Positions 1 through 10,145 are shown, numbered from the stretch's first letter. The stretch is DNA of 64,000 nucleotides from a virus (IMGVR_UViG_2690315980_000001); one strand, 5' to 3'. Numbers and translations are program-made. Notes: a model not told the origin generated them from the sequence alone.

Positions 1-89
1 CATTGTATAATATGAATAAAACGTCTGAAAAATATAAATAACATAATATTCAGTCTAAAAAAATTGATTAATAAAGAAATAAATGCAAC

Positions 90-638
90 ATGATAAATCA
101 AAAATACGCCACAAGTTATATAGAAGGCTTTGGAACCGAGAGTGTGTTCTGCGAATTAGCTCAAAGTAAAGGCTTCAAGGTCATTCCTGCGTCAAAGAAA
201 GAAAACATTGAGGATCATATAGATTTTTTTCTATATCGAAACGGGAAGCAATATTCGGTTGACGTTAAGGCAATGAAGCGCATAAGCAGAAATTCTATAA
301 ATAAAGATGAAGATGCAATCTGGATAGAATTCAGAAACGTTCGCGGGAATAATGGCTGGATATACGGAAAACAGGATCTTGTAGCCTTTGAATTTGATAG
401 TTATTTCGTTTTAGTAAAAAGAAAAGAGTTATTGGATTTTGTAACAGTTAGTCTTAACTCATTTACCAAAGTTGTTTCATCGTCAAGACATGCATTGTTC
501 AACTTGTATCAAAGAAGAGGAAGACAGGACTTGATAACAAGAATTAAAAGAGATAATATTCTAGCTCTAAAAAATAAAATTTGGATTAAAAATGAAGGAT
601 TTAATCAAATCCCAGAAGCAGTTAATGCAGTCCATTAA
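90..638 (+). CDS. hypothetical protein, possible PD-(D/E)xK nuclease fold
   Basis: 182-aa ORF. Motif DHIDFF...VDVKAMK resembles the D...(D/E)xK core. No other recognisable domain. Confidence 0.45.
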   Translation: MINQKYATSYIEGFGTESVFCELAQSKGFKVIPASKKENIEDHIDFFLYRNGKQYSVDVKAMKRISRNSINKDEDAIWIEFRNVRGNNGWIYGKQDLVAFEFDSYFVLVKRKELLDFVTVSLNSFTKVVSSSRHALFNLYQRRGRQDLITRIKRDNILALKNKIWIKNEGFNQIPEAVNAVH

Positions 639-1308
639 TTCAAGCTTTTGCACAAATGAATCAGAAATTCTTGAATGGTACGATGGACCACTTTTCGTAA
701 AAAGCAAGATTGAAGACAAAGATTTCTATTACCACATTTTAAATATTTCTAAGGGATACTTTGCAGCATTTCATCTAAAGCCAGGCATTGATGCTATTGA
801 GGGTGAAACTTTAGACCCTGCTTTATCAAATGTATTTCTGAATGAGTTATTTCACGGCAATAATGCTTATGAGCATCTATATCTTTACGATTCGGTCTCT
901 GGTAAAAATCAAGCTTTAGATTCAACGAACATAAAAGATTTCATTACCCCTTGGAAAGAAAGGGTGTATGAAAGAGCTATTTATCAGTTCTTAGTTAAAG
1001 GTGTTTCTGAGTTTTACGCTTCAATAGACAACAAGTCGGATTCACTGCATCATTCAACCAAAATTGATATTGACACTAGCTATGATGAAGTACTTGTTGA
1101 ACTTGTAAATGTCGCTCGGCTTTACGGCTGTAGTGATACTTTACCTAAAACACAGCAATTATGCTTAATGGTAAAGTCTGGTGAACAATTTAATGGCTGT
1201 TTCAACTATCGAATCACACAGCAAAAGTCTGTAAGATTTAACTTCTCGATTGATAATGAAGTTATTAAACTGAACCTGCATATTGTTCCAGCAGAAGATG
1301 ATGATTGA
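592..1308 (+). CDS. hypothetical protein
   Basis: 238-aa ORF overlapping the upstream ORF by 47 nt. Followed by a strong bidirectional terminator. Confidence 0.5.
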   Translation: MKDLIKSQKQLMQSINSSFCTNESEILEWYDGPLFVKSKIEDKDFYYHILNISKGYFAAFHLKPGIDAIEGETLDPALSNVFLNELFHGNNAYEHLYLYDSVSGKNQALDSTNIKDFITPWKERVYERAIYQFLVKGVSEFYASIDNKSDSLHHSTKIDIDTSYDEVLVELVNVARLYGCSDTLPKTQQLCLMVKSGEQFNGCFNYRITQQKSVRFNFSIDNEVIKLNLHIVPAEDDD

Positions 1309-1321
1309 TGTTGTTTTAATT

Positions 1322-1354
1322 AAAAAAGCCCCACCATTGAGTAGTGGGGCTTTT
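1322..1354. terminator. bidirectional rho-independent terminator
   Basis: Hairpin GCCCCAC-N9-GTGGGGC flanked by an A-run and a T-run, between convergent genes. Confidence 0.6.
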
Positions 1355-1355
1355 A

Positions 1356-2264
1356 CTAGTAAAGTGCTTTGAAAATTCTAGCTGTATAGATGGCATCACT
1401 GATAGCCCTATGCTCTTTTAGTTCGGACTCAAGACCCAAGTTCTGCACAGCCCTTTTTAGTCCCATCGTATCTCGACCATGAATTTTTGTGTAGATTGAT
1501 TGCAGATCTAAAAAGCTATGACTCAATTCGCTATAACCAATTCTTCTCAGCTCTCTATTAAACGCTTTTTGTTCAATACCACCCCAGTGGACAAAAAGGC
1601 ATTTTTGTTCTTTTTCGAGAAAGTTTTTCAACTTATCGTGATAGAAGTTTTCAAAGTTTGGCATACCCTGGAGCATTTCAGTGCTAATGCCTGTCTTTTC
1701 TTCACAGTATCTACCCATTTTCATATCTGGGAATGGTAGAATCAAAGAATCTAATTCAAACGCCACTTCTAGGTTATCCGACCTTACCGCCACAAGACCA
1801 AAATCAACAATCGATTCTGTAAATTTGTCTGATCCATCTAGCCTGTATTGGTTGTACTCAAAATCGAGAAATAATAACCACTCAAAGTTTTCTCTTACTA
1901 GGTGCAGATGGTTTTTGGCGTCTTCAGCGCTTCTATGAGGCGCAGATTTTGAGTTAGCTGGAAGCCCTTGAATCAGCTTGCCTAAAAAGCACTCTAGATT
2001 AAGCACATCCTCACCAATAAATTCCGTCATTGTAGGTAGCTTGCAGTAAAAATCATCTGAATTGATTTGACTTGAGAAGTAGTCAGGATTGGTCTGACTA
2101 AGTAAATTACATGCAGATGAAATGCTTTTTTTTAGGCTTTTAACTTGAGGTTTTCTATGCAAACCCTTTTCAGTTGACTTGTATTGATCGAGGTTGCTAA
2201 GCCATTCCAGCAATTTACTTACGTCATTCATTTCAAATACCTTAATTTTATCCAGAATTTTCAC
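1356..2264 (-). CDS. DEDDh-family 3'-5' exonuclease (DnaQ/KapD/ERI-1-like N-domain) with unknown C-terminal half
   Basis: Exo I motif LFLDFEYNQY (D-x-E) and exo III motif HRAISDAIYTA (H-x4-D) lie in the C-terminal half of the 302-aa ORF. Confidence 0.6.
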   Translation of the reverse strand: MKILDKIKVFEMNDVSKLLEWLSNLDQYKSTEKGLHRKPQVKSLKKSISSACNLLSQTNPDYFSSQINSDDFYCKLPTMTEFIGEDVLNLECFLGKLIQGLPANSKSAPHRSAEDAKNHLHLVRENFEWLLFLDFEYNQYRLDGSDKFTESIVDFGLVAVRSDNLEVAFELDSLILPFPDMKMGRYCEEKTGISTEMLQGMPNFENFYHDKLKNFLEKEQKCLFVHWGGIEQKAFNRELRRIGYSELSHSFLDLQSIYTKIHGRDTMGLKRAVQNLGLESELKEHRAISDAIYTARIFKALY

Positions 2265-2417
2265 ATTTACACCACTCTAAGAATTCTTGAGCTGATTGTA
2301 TGTCTGAAGGAATTTCTACAGTCCCATGCTTTAGCATCAGAGCATAATCCAAAGAAATAGCATCTCTTTGCTCTTCACTAAAGTGCTGAATTTGATTATT
2401 CAATATAGCGTCCTCAG

Positions 2418-2807
2418 TTAACAAGTTCTTCTTTGATGTAAGGCAACAAGAGTTCTAGAATTGTTATACATCATTACAACCCTTAAGTAAATAATAGCCA
2501 GATCGAAAACTATTCTTGAATCCATCTTTTTAGTTTCAGGAGACATTAAGGGCAATGCATGTATCGTTTCAAGAGATGAATCTGAAAGATACTCATAAAG
2601 AGGGATAACAACCTCATCTCGGTATGTACTGTATGAGCGCAACTTTATTGATGCAGATATGCGATTTATAAATCTGAGTAAATCAGAAGACTTTACACCT
2701 GACTTAGACAATGACTCAGTAACTTTATACAAGTCTTTATATTTTGATTTTTTATTTATTAAATTAACGAGTCGCAGGGCATCTTTACCTATGGTTAGAT
2801 TATACAA
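2418..2807 (-). CDS. hypothetical protein
   Basis: 129-aa ORF co-directional with the downstream Rmf-like ORF. Confidence 0.4.
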   Translation of the reverse strand: MYNLTIGKDALRLVNLINKKSKYKDLYKVTESLSKSGVKSSDLLRFINRISASIKLRSYSTYRDEVVIPLYEYLSDSSLETIHALPLMSPETKKMDSRIVFDLAIIYLRVVMMYNNSRTLVALHQRRTC

Positions 2808-2821
2808 AACTCGCTCCTTAC

Positions 2822-3016
2822 TTAAGCGTTTTCACTTGCTATTTCCGCTTCACCATCTACTTCCTTCCAGCCATTCTCCCACTGAAGGAAAGCGTCACTT
2901 GGATTGTCCACGCATGTGTTTCTAAAAGGGTTTGCATGAATACTCATACCAGAAGCCCTACAAGCCTTACCATTTTCATACGGGGTTTGATTATTGAGAT
3001 TGTTCATATTATACAC
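2822..3016 (-). CDS. rmf: ribosome modulation factor-like small protein
   Basis: 64 aa. NGKACRASGMS...NPF...QWENGWKE aligns by eye with E. coli Rmf GYQAGIAGRSKEMCPY...QWLGGWREA, including the conserved W..GW+E tail. Confidence 0.4.
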   Translation of the reverse strand: MYNMNNLNNQTPYENGKACRASGMSIHANPFRNTCVDNPSDAFLQWENGWKEVDGEAEIASENA

Positions 3017-3071
3017 CGTTGCAATTATTGTTATTTAAAGATATATTGCCATTTGTTCTTACTTCTATCAA

Positions 3072-3845
3072 ATGTTTTGCATACATTTAGTTAAAAAAGT
3101 GATAAAAATGAAAGAATTTTATTATGAAATAAAATGTCAGAAGCAGGACTCATTAGGTAGTTGGGCTTTCCCTCCTATGTACTCAGGACTATTGAAAGCT
3201 AAAGACAAAAAAGCAGCCAGAAAAGCCCTTGAAGATGAGTTCGACGTTGAGCTACCTTGCCGCGTTCTCAAAAAAGATTTTGAAACAAGCCCATATTTGC
3301 TCAAATTAAGAGAGCATGACGGAACTGATGAATATCTAAATCGTTTATTTGAAAACAGAAAATGCAAGGAGTGCAGCAATCCCTTTAGGCGAATTGACCT
3401 TTACAATGACCACAACGAGCAATACAAGGGGATAGAGTTTTGCTCTAGAGAGTGTCAGCAGAAATACGGAAAGAAACACATTGCGTTCAATGCTTCCTGT
3501 ATCGATAAGACACATGGAAATGCGCCTGTCATCTATAAGATTACTAATAAGGCTGAAAATAAGCACTATATAGGCAAAACCTTACAGGTTTTCACGTTAC
3601 GCTGGTATCAGCATTTTTTTCAGGGTGGTGATTGCAAATTTCATAAAGCTATCAGAAACACCAAACTAACAGATTGGGAGTTTAGTGTTTTAGAAATTAT
3701 TGGTGAATCACCAGAAGGTATGCCTATGGAGGAATACGTACTCTCTAGAGAAACCCATTGGATGAAAATGTATGATTCAATCGATAACGGCTACAATAGC
3801 CAAGTTTCTAGCATTACTGTACATGGACATCTGGAAGAAGGTTGA
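3072..3845 (+). CDS. GIY-YIG nuclease-domain protein with N-terminal Cys-rich (zinc-finger-like) region
   Basis: VIYKITNKAENKHYIGKT...R matches the GIY-x10-YIG motif. Upstream cluster CKECSNP...CSRECQ is zinc-finger-like. Confidence 0.55.
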   Translation: MFCIHLVKKVIKMKEFYYEIKCQKQDSLGSWAFPPMYSGLLKAKDKKAARKALEDEFDVELPCRVLKKDFETSPYLLKLREHDGTDEYLNRLFENRKCKECSNPFRRIDLYNDHNEQYKGIEFCSRECQQKYGKKHIAFNASCIDKTHGNAPVIYKITNKAENKHYIGKTLQVFTLRWYQHFFQGGDCKFHKAIRNTKLTDWEFSVLEIIGESPEGMPMEEYVLSRETHWMKMYDSIDNGYNSQVSSITVHGHLEEG

Positions 3846-4579
3846 GTAAAACAATGTTCACTATTTATATTAGAAAAGACCTTGGAATGACTAGAGGTAA
3901 GATGTTATCCCAAGTCTCACATGCAGCAATGAAATACACGCTGTCACTATTTGAGAAAAATGGTGGAGTTTTAACTACTAGTTTGAGCACTGTGGAAAAA
4001 CTAAACCATGTATTGACCCACATAGACAAAGTTCTGAATATCCAATTTGTAAAAAGTGAAGAAGAACTTATCAATGTAAGCAATTCTAGTTCGAATCACG
4101 CCGTAAGTATTATTGATAATGGATTGACACAATTTAATGGCGTTAAAACACTAACTTGTGCTTTGGTTAATACTGACTTTAGTCTTCCAATTCTTAGAAT
4201 CCCTGAATATGGTAAGAAAGAGAGTGATCATAAGCAAGTACTCGTATTTTATAGTAATGAGAGACTAAACAAGATAATCCAGATCAGATCAGCCATTAAA
4301 ATGGCAATAGCGACTATCCTTGCTCATCTCTCTCATTGCAGTATTGACCTTGATTCTGAGAAAAATAGAGATCTACAAATCTGGCTTGATGATTGCTTTA
4401 AGAAGGTTACATTAAAAACTAAAAGTATTGATGTATTGATGAATCTAAAAGAACAGTCAGAATCAAGAGGCTTATTATGCGTAGAGGATATTGATACATA
4501 CTCAACAATTTCTCTCGCGATAGGACCAGGTAGCAACAGAATGTATCATGAGTTAACGGACAAACTAACACTATACTAA
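3842..4579 (+). CDS. PTH2-family peptidyl-tRNA hydrolase domain protein (N-terminal ~115 aa) with C-terminal extension
   Basis: TTG start overlaps the upstream stop. FTIYIRKDLGMTRGKMLSQVSHAAM matches the Pth2 core VVVIRNDLGMGKGKMVAQGGHA. A later block (SIIDNG...TLTCALV) matches the Pth2 C-terminal region. Confidence 0.55.
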   Translation: MSKTMFTIYIRKDLGMTRGKMLSQVSHAAMKYTLSLFEKNGGVLTTSLSTVEKLNHVLTHIDKVLNIQFVKSEEELINVSNSSSNHAVSIIDNGLTQFNGVKTLTCALVNTDFSLPILRIPEYGKKESDHKQVLVFYSNERLNKIIQIRSAIKMAIATILAHLSHCSIDLDSEKNRDLQIWLDDCFKKVTLKTKSIDVLMNLKEQSESRGLLCVEDIDTYSTISLAIGPGSNRMYHELTDKLTLY

Positions 4580-4587
4580 TTGAAATT

Positions 4588-4610
4588 GCAGCCTACAGGC
4601 TGCTCTTTTC
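4588..4610 (+). terminator. rho-independent terminator
   Basis: GCAGCCT-aca-GGCTGC hairpin followed by TCTTTTC. Confidence 0.5.
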
Positions 4611-4683
4611 TAATTATCTGCTAATAATGGTACTTTTTCATACCTGATATACTTAAGCCAATCTGTTTAGATTGGCTTTAATT

Positions 4684-5682
4684 TTACTTTTTAAGTTGTT
4701 GAATGGCTTTCTTAAAACTTCCGTATTCAGTTTGACCCGCACTAATAGAATGGTCAAACCTACTCAATATGGCATCCATTTTTATCTTTAAAAAGTTCTC
4801 GTGCGATATAAAGAAACTGCCATTTTCAAGCTTATGGATGAAATTTACTCTTGATGAATATCCAGGAATGATTAAATCTAAAAGCCAGCTTATATAAATT
4901 GAGTTTCGTATTTTGTTGTACAGTATTGCATCTTTTGAAATCAGAATATATGCTTTTCTAATTATATCGAATGCATTTCTATCACAATCAATGTAATAGA
5001 CAAGCTGATCTTTATATTTGAATGAATCCAGGGTTATAAAATCAATGCCTAGATCTTCTGGGATTTCGTTGATGAATTCATTTAGATTATTTAGAAGAGC
5101 CTTTTTCTCACCATCCTCGACACCAGACTCTAACGAAACATCAATTTCCTCAACAACTTGCAAGCAATCTTTCAAGGCGGAAATTATATTTACTGATAGG
5201 CATATTTTAAACTTTGAAGGAAGTTTATTTATGTGATCGATTACTAATTTATCTTTCGCTCTCTTCGGGATTCGGTATTTTGATATATTATTTAAACAAG
5301 AGTATTCAGAAGTTATTTGCTCAATTTCTAAAGTTAATTCTTTATGCACATTAGTTTTCTTATCAGTAATTACCTTTTCGAACTCAATTCCATTAACATC
5401 TTTGAGATTTGCGAAAAATCTTGATTTAACTATCTCTTTCTTCTTTGAGTCTATGACAACAAAAGTTATCGAATCCATTAACGGGTTGTTCTGTCTAATG
5501 TAAATTCTATCTATTTTCAAAATTGTGTTTTTAGGAAGGGATATTGAGTTCGAAACATTTACTGCTTCAGATCCAAGGTAGGACTTAAGGAAGCTTTCAT
5601 TTCTTCTTTCATTGATAACATTAAATGTAGTTTGGGATGCTAGCTTGATAGCATCCCCTATAGTTGGTATATAAAAAATCAT
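4684..5682 (-). CDS. hypothetical protein
   Basis: 332-aa ORF with no recognisable motifs. Confidence 0.5.
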   Translation of the reverse strand: MIFYIPTIGDAIKLASQTTFNVINERRNESFLKSYLGSEAVNVSNSISLPKNTILKIDRIYIRQNNPLMDSITFVVIDSKKKEIVKSRFFANLKDVNGIEFEKVITDKKTNVHKELTLEIEQITSEYSCLNNISKYRIPKRAKDKLVIDHINKLPSKFKICLSVNIISALKDCLQVVEEIDVSLESGVEDGEKKALLNNLNEFINEIPEDLGIDFITLDSFKYKDQLVYYIDCDRNAFDIIRKAYILISKDAILYNKIRNSIYISWLLDLIIPGYSSRVNFIHKLENGSFFISHENFLKIKMDAILSRFDHSISAGQTEYGSFKKAIQQLKK

Positions 5683-5732
5683 CTTTAATCTCCATTTTTA
5701 GAAATTATAACAATGATTATCTAATTTATATA

Positions 5733-6794
5733 CTAGCAATATCTCAATGAATCATATATTTTTTGAGCGTTTATCTCTCCAACACCTTTCAGCTTTTTCA
5801 AATCCAATAAAGACATATTACTAAGTTCTACAATAGATATTCCCTCTCTTAAAAGGTGTGTAGCAGTCGTATGAGATATTCCTGGTATATTCAAAAGCAT
5901 CTTATACAGGTGATAGCTACTTGATTCACGCGCTTCATTATTGCAACGTGAAGGAACTACTTTGTAGTAGAGTTCTTGTTCAAGAAATCCCTGAGCTAAC
6001 TTTGCAACCAAATACGCCGTATGATGCTTATTATAAGCCTGCAAGATGTGTTGATTATGGATCGCCGTTATGTAGTTAACCACACCATCTGTTTGCTTCG
6101 TTTCAGGGAAGGCATTATAAAGGCTTCTTTTCCCCTCTTGTTCCGATTCAATTATCCAGACGATCTTTGTCTCTTTATCACCGCGAGCGAACCTGAAATC
6201 AGATAACCTTTCAACTTGATCGTGAAAGTGCTTGGATACGGTGCTATTGTAAAGATCAGTAACTGTCTTCCTCTCTATAACCATTAATCTTTCATTTAGG
6301 TGTGAACCTATATGAATGTCACCAATACTAAGAACTGTTTGCTCGATTTGATTTATGGAAATTCTTTCGACCAGATCTCTTAACTCTTTAGGTTCTCTTG
6401 TGTCTATAAGCAAGTATGAATTCATTCTTGTGCTCTTTTTAAATGGAGCACTTTCGATTTTCCACTTATAGGTTTGACTGCCTAGTTCAAAAGGCTCTCT
6501 GGTATCAATTAGAGAGCTTATAATGCTTGAGATATCTCTACCTTTGGATTTTAGCTTTTCGTGGGATGTCTGCTTCTTAATCACTTGCAGACCCCTATTT
6601 TCAAGCTCATTCGCTAAAGCTTCAAGATCTCTATACTTTGAGAGTTTGATTGGATTGCTTTCATACGAAGTATCTGTAATGCCTTTAAGATACACGTAAT
6701 CACCATCAAGGACTATCTTGAACTTAACTCCGTCTTTATCAACTTCAATCTCGCCTCGTTCCAACTTAATTACACCTAAACAGATAAATGTCAA
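5733..6794 (-). CDS. ERCC4/XPF/Mus81/Hef-type nuclease domain protein with C-terminal helix-hairpin-helix
   Basis: LLIDTREPKELRDL...SIGDIHIGS...LMVIERKTVTDLYNS matches the ERCC4 signature (V-D-x-R-E ... GD ... ERK-x3-DL). The C-terminus LLNIPGISHTTATHLL...LKKLKGVGEINAQKI is an HhH2 pair. Confidence 0.55.
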   Translation of the reverse strand: MTFICLGVIKLERGEIEVDKDGVKFKIVLDGDYVYLKGITDTSYESNPIKLSKYRDLEALANELENRGLQVIKKQTSHEKLKSKGRDISSIISSLIDTREPFELGSQTYKWKIESAPFKKSTRMNSYLLIDTREPKELRDLVERISINQIEQTVLSIGDIHIGSHLNERLMVIERKTVTDLYNSTVSKHFHDQVERLSDFRFARGDKETKIVWIIESEQEGKRSLYNAFPETKQTDGVVNYITAIHNQHILQAYNKHHTAYLVAKLAQGFLEQELYYKVVPSRCNNEARESSSYHLYKMLLNIPGISHTTATHLLREGISIVELSNMSLLDLKKLKGVGEINAQKIYDSLRYC

Positions 6795-6832
6795 AATTAT
6801 AGTTTAACAAATTGAATTTAAAAATGAAAAAT

Positions 6833-6857
6833 AAAAAGCCGAATCGAGAGATTCGGC
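6833..6857 (-). terminator. rho-independent terminator after thyA
   Basis: GCCGAATC-gaga-GATTCGGC hairpin preceded by an A-run on the plus strand, giving a T-run on the minus strand. Confidence 0.55.
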
Positions 6858-6864
6858 TTAGGGG

Positions 6865-7716
6865 CTAAACTGAAAATGGATACTCAATTGGGTCGTAATG
6901 CTCGTAACCTTCAACTACAAAGTCATCCACTGTTACCCATGTTTCTAGATCCTTCAGTGTTTTGATATCAGGATTAATGATTAACTTAGGCTGCTCCAAA
7001 GGCTCCCTTTTTAACTGCACATCTTTCATCAGATCAAACTGATTTTCGTAAATATGGCAGTTAACTAGCTTATGGAAGCCCTTACCTGGTTTGTGACCCG
7101 TAATTTGAGCCATGACAGCCAGAAATACATAGACCTGCTGCATATTCGCTACTAGTCCCAGAGGGACATCTACCGATCTAGATGTGCTATTTAGGAATAA
7201 CTCTCCATCCAATAGTGAGAACTGATGGGAATGCATACAAGGTCTCAAACATCCCATATGGAATTCACCTGGGTTGTAATAGGTGATGATCTCGCCTCTA
7301 TCGTCAATTCCATTTGTTAGGTTATCAATTACTTTTTTTAGCTGATCGATTCTTTTGCCATCAGGAGATTTCCAGCCACGAGATTGGATTCCATAGATTC
7401 TTCCGCAATCGTCGGTGCCTTTTCTATGAGGGTTCTTTAGCCAAGCCTCATTTTCATTAGCGTTTGCATCCCAAGAGCGCGTTCCCAACTTTCTAAAGTC
7501 AGCAGCATTACTGTATCCACGAATATAACCAAGCAGTTCCGCTATAGCTAATTTTATCGGACTTTTTCTTGTTGTTACTAATGGGTATTTTCCTTCATCA
7601 ACATCATAAGTGAAGTCAGCATTAATGACCGTTAGGCATCTTTCTCCTGTTCGATCATTTACTACCCATTTTCCTTGGTCAACAATTCGTTGACATAAAT
7701 CCAAGTATTGTTTCAT
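6865..7716 (-). CDS. thyA: thymidylate synthase (ThyA family)
   Basis: N-terminus [15 protein letters not shown]...DRTG, middle block [10 protein letters not shown]...IDQL...YNPGE, and active-site block [10 protein letters not shown]...[10 protein letters not shown] all match ThyA. The C-terminus also resembles ThyA. Confidence 0.85.
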   Translation of the reverse strand: MKQYLDLCQRIVDQGKWVVNDRTGERCLTVINADFTYDVDEGKYPLVTTRKSPIKLAIAELLGYIRGYSNAADFRKLGTRSWDANANENEAWLKNPHRKGTDDCGRIYGIQSRGWKSPDGKRIDQLKKVIDNLTNGIDDRGEIITYYNPGEFHMGCLRPCMHSHQFSLLDGELFLNSTSRSVDVPLGLVANMQQVYVFLAVMAQITGHKPGKGFHKLVNCHIYENQFDLMKDVQLKREPLEQPKLIINPDIKTLKDLETWVTVDDFVVEGYEHYDPIEYPFSV

Positions 7717-7961
7717 GAGTCTTTCTCATATTGTAATTTATTGATTGATTTAATAAGTTCATTTTTAAGTTCTTTTCTACGAATACCACCAACATGCAAA
7801 AATTCGCTTTTATCCTTATCAACTAGCAAAAGAGCAATGGCTTCTGGCTGTACTTCAAGGGATTCTGATTCTATCAAATCAGCAATTTCTCTTAGCCACC
7901 AGCATATCTGGCTCTTGCCTCGGATGTTTTTGGGTTTTGTAGGGAATCTTAGAACAGACAT
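7713..7961 (-). CDS. hypothetical protein, start/stop-overlapped (translationally coupled) with thyA
   Basis: 82-aa ORF whose stop overlaps the thyA start by 4 nt. Confidence 0.45.
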   Translation of the reverse strand: MSVLRFPTKPKNIRGKSQICWWLREIADLIESESLEVQPEAIALLLVDKDKSEFLHVGGIRRKELKNELIKSINKLQYEKDS

Positions 7962-7993
7962 ATGATCTCAAATCCAAGTATTTATTTCAATAA

Positions 7994-8017
7994 TAAAAAG
8001 GCGACATCTCTGTCGCC
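7994..8017 (-). terminator. rho-independent terminator
   Basis: GGCGACA-tctc-TGTCGCC hairpin with a T-run on the minus strand. Confidence 0.55.
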
Positions 8018-8041
8018 TTCAGCATTTTCAATCTTGCTTTG

Positions 8042-8425
8042 CTAGAAACCTGCATCGGCTTCAATACGCTCATTAGCTTCCTTGGCATCAAAACCAATTG
8101 TACCAGTAAGAAGAGCTACGATACTTGTAATGGAGAGCAGACCCACACCAACAAGTAAACTAACTAAGCCGTTTTTAGCATGTCCTTGGTTTGGCTGCTT
8201 ATTGTCTTTGTAGAACAAGAACAAACCAACACCAACTAGAACTAGACCTACCAAGTAGAAAAAGCTCATAATCATGCTTTTAATTGCTTGAATGTTACCT
8301 TCAATGTTTTTTGCTGCTTCACCAGCATCTTTTACACTCGCGAACGCTACATCTGGAGCTAGCAGTGAAAAACCTGCCAATAAGCCCAAGCCAAGGTACA
8401 TTCCATGCTTTCTTGTTAATTTCAT
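8042..8425 (-). CDS. small secreted/membrane protein with signal peptide and two hydrophobic helices (VirB2/TrbC-pilin-like architecture)
   Basis: 127 aa. N-terminal signal ending AFASV. Two Gly-rich transmembrane segments. Its own terminator follows immediately. Confidence 0.45.
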   Translation of the reverse strand: MKLTRKHGMYLGLGLLAGFSLLAPDVAFASVKDAGEAAKNIEGNIQAIKSMIMSFFYLVGLVLVGVGLFLFYKDNKQPNQGHAKNGLVSLLVGVGLLSITSIVALLTGTIGFDAKEANERIEADAGF

Positions 8426-8700
8426 GATATTTTCCTTTTTTATTATTTATTAATTTCTTTTGTTATTGATATGTATAGTCTTACTATACTTTGGACATTA
8501 TATTTAATGATCTTTATTCGATCAACCATTATGTTAATTATTAAAATTTAATGTAATTAATAATTATCCTGATGATAAATAATGGAATTTAAAATGATTC
8601 CACACTAGCAACTGGTTTTGTCAAAGAAAATTTTGATTGTTTCTACAGCGATTCCAACTTAACGACCGAATATTTTTAATCATATATTTAAATATACCTC

Positions 8701-10140
8701 TTGTCCTTCAGTGTAACATTGTGTATTATAGTAAACATTCAGGCGAGCTATCAGCTCGCCTTATCTAATTACAATAATTGTCATAATCATTTAGGTGTGT
8801 ATATGGTTTGCGTTGAACAAAAAGGTAATAAAATAATCGACATTCAGCAAACTTTGGCAAAAGACTACACTAGAGAGACAAGTATTGAACTTTTATTCCC
8901 TAAGAATTTTGAGATCGATGATGATAGTCGATTTGTAAATGGTTTCGATAGCTTTATTACACAAAGCCGTAGATTCCATAAGGGTAACAGTATCAGTACT
9001 ATGCTGCTTTACGTGAAACAGCTAGAAAAGAAAGATCTACCATTTGAAAAATTCAGTATTTCCATTAGCTTATTCGCGTTTCTATTTAATGGTCAGCTAA
9101 AGAGCAGTTCGATTAATGAAACTGAAGAGGATTCATTAGAGAATTTCGACAATAGTATCGATTCTCTTAAAACCTTATTGAACTCATTTAGGGATTTCCC
9201 TATTGAGGATGAAACTAAGTTTGAAAAATTTAGAAGCGTAGATTTTGTTCTGTCTTTCAAGTTTGAACAATTTCTACTAAAAAACCTACTTACATTGCAG
9301 TCAATTAAAGATTCACAGGATCTTCGTGCAAAAGTTAACAATCTATGTCTTGAAGAGCAAAAACATCGAAAGGACAAGATGTATCACGAGAAAGTGGGTT
9401 CTATGGATCTTAAAACTGAAGATGTTGATAAGATCACTCGTCTCACAAATAAAATGGAAATGCAGGAGAGGATTACTGAACTACCTCTTAAGCTAAACAC
9501 GACCACGACCAATGTAGGTACAAAGGAAAAGTATTTAGCTATTGCGCTATCCACTGGCATTATTATGATCCTGTTCGGATTTATAATGCTCCAGTTACGA
9601 CTTATGGGGTTTGATACTGGCTTACAATTTGTTTTAGGTTTTGCATTTCTTTATGTTATCCGCGATGTATTTAAAGAAAGCATCAAATCACGGATTTATA
9701 AAAAAATCATGGAGCATAAACCAAGACAAAAGGCGATTCTTCATTATCCTGGTCAAACCAAGCCCATTGGCTATAGTCAGACATGGTGGTCTGAAGGTTT
9801 GTATCGTTCAGATAAAAAGCAGCGAGGTGATAATTCGATAACGATTAAAGAGCGCACAACTTTAAAGGATTTCGATTATCATGGATTTAAGAAAATAAAA
9901 ACAGACTTACAAATTGATTTGGCTGAAATCATGAAAACCATTCCAAGTGATGGCAGGGAGATTTATTTATACACAGCCAATGATAAACCAAGTAAAACAA
10001 GAGTTCCGCGTAGAATCAGAGTTGAACTCAAGATTCAGGAAAAGAAAACATATAAAGGTCATGAAGAGACGGTTACATCAAGATTCCGAATTTTGATTGA
10101 TAGAAACAAGATCATTCGTATAGAGCCTATAAACTACTAA
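8701..10140 (+). CDS. hypothetical membrane-associated protein (true start probably an internal Met near 8806)
   Basis: Long ORF with a central hydrophobic block (YLAIALSTGIIMILFGFIMLQLRLMGF...), followed by a terminator. Confidence 0.5.
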   Translation: MSFSVTLCIIVNIQASYQLALSNYNNCHNHLGVYMVCVEQKGNKIIDIQQTLAKDYTRETSIELLFPKNFEIDDDSRFVNGFDSFITQSRRFHKGNSISTMLLYVKQLEKKDLPFEKFSISISLFAFLFNGQLKSSSINETEEDSLENFDNSIDSLKTLLNSFRDFPIEDETKFEKFRSVDFVLSFKFEQFLLKNLLTLQSIKDSQDLRAKVNNLCLEEQKHRKDKMYHEKVGSMDLKTEDVDKITRLTNKMEMQERITELPLKLNTTTTNVGTKEKYLAIALSTGIIMILFGFIMLQLRLMGFDTGLQFVLGFAFLYVIRDVFKESIKSRIYKKIMEHKPRQKAILHYPGQTKPIGYSQTWWSEGLYRSDKKQRGDNSITIKERTTLKDFDYHGFKKIKTDLQIDLAEIMKTIPSDGREIYLYTANDKPSKTRVPRRIRVELKIQEKKTYKGHEETVTSRFRILIDRNKIIRIEPINY

Positions 10141-10145
10141 ACTTA

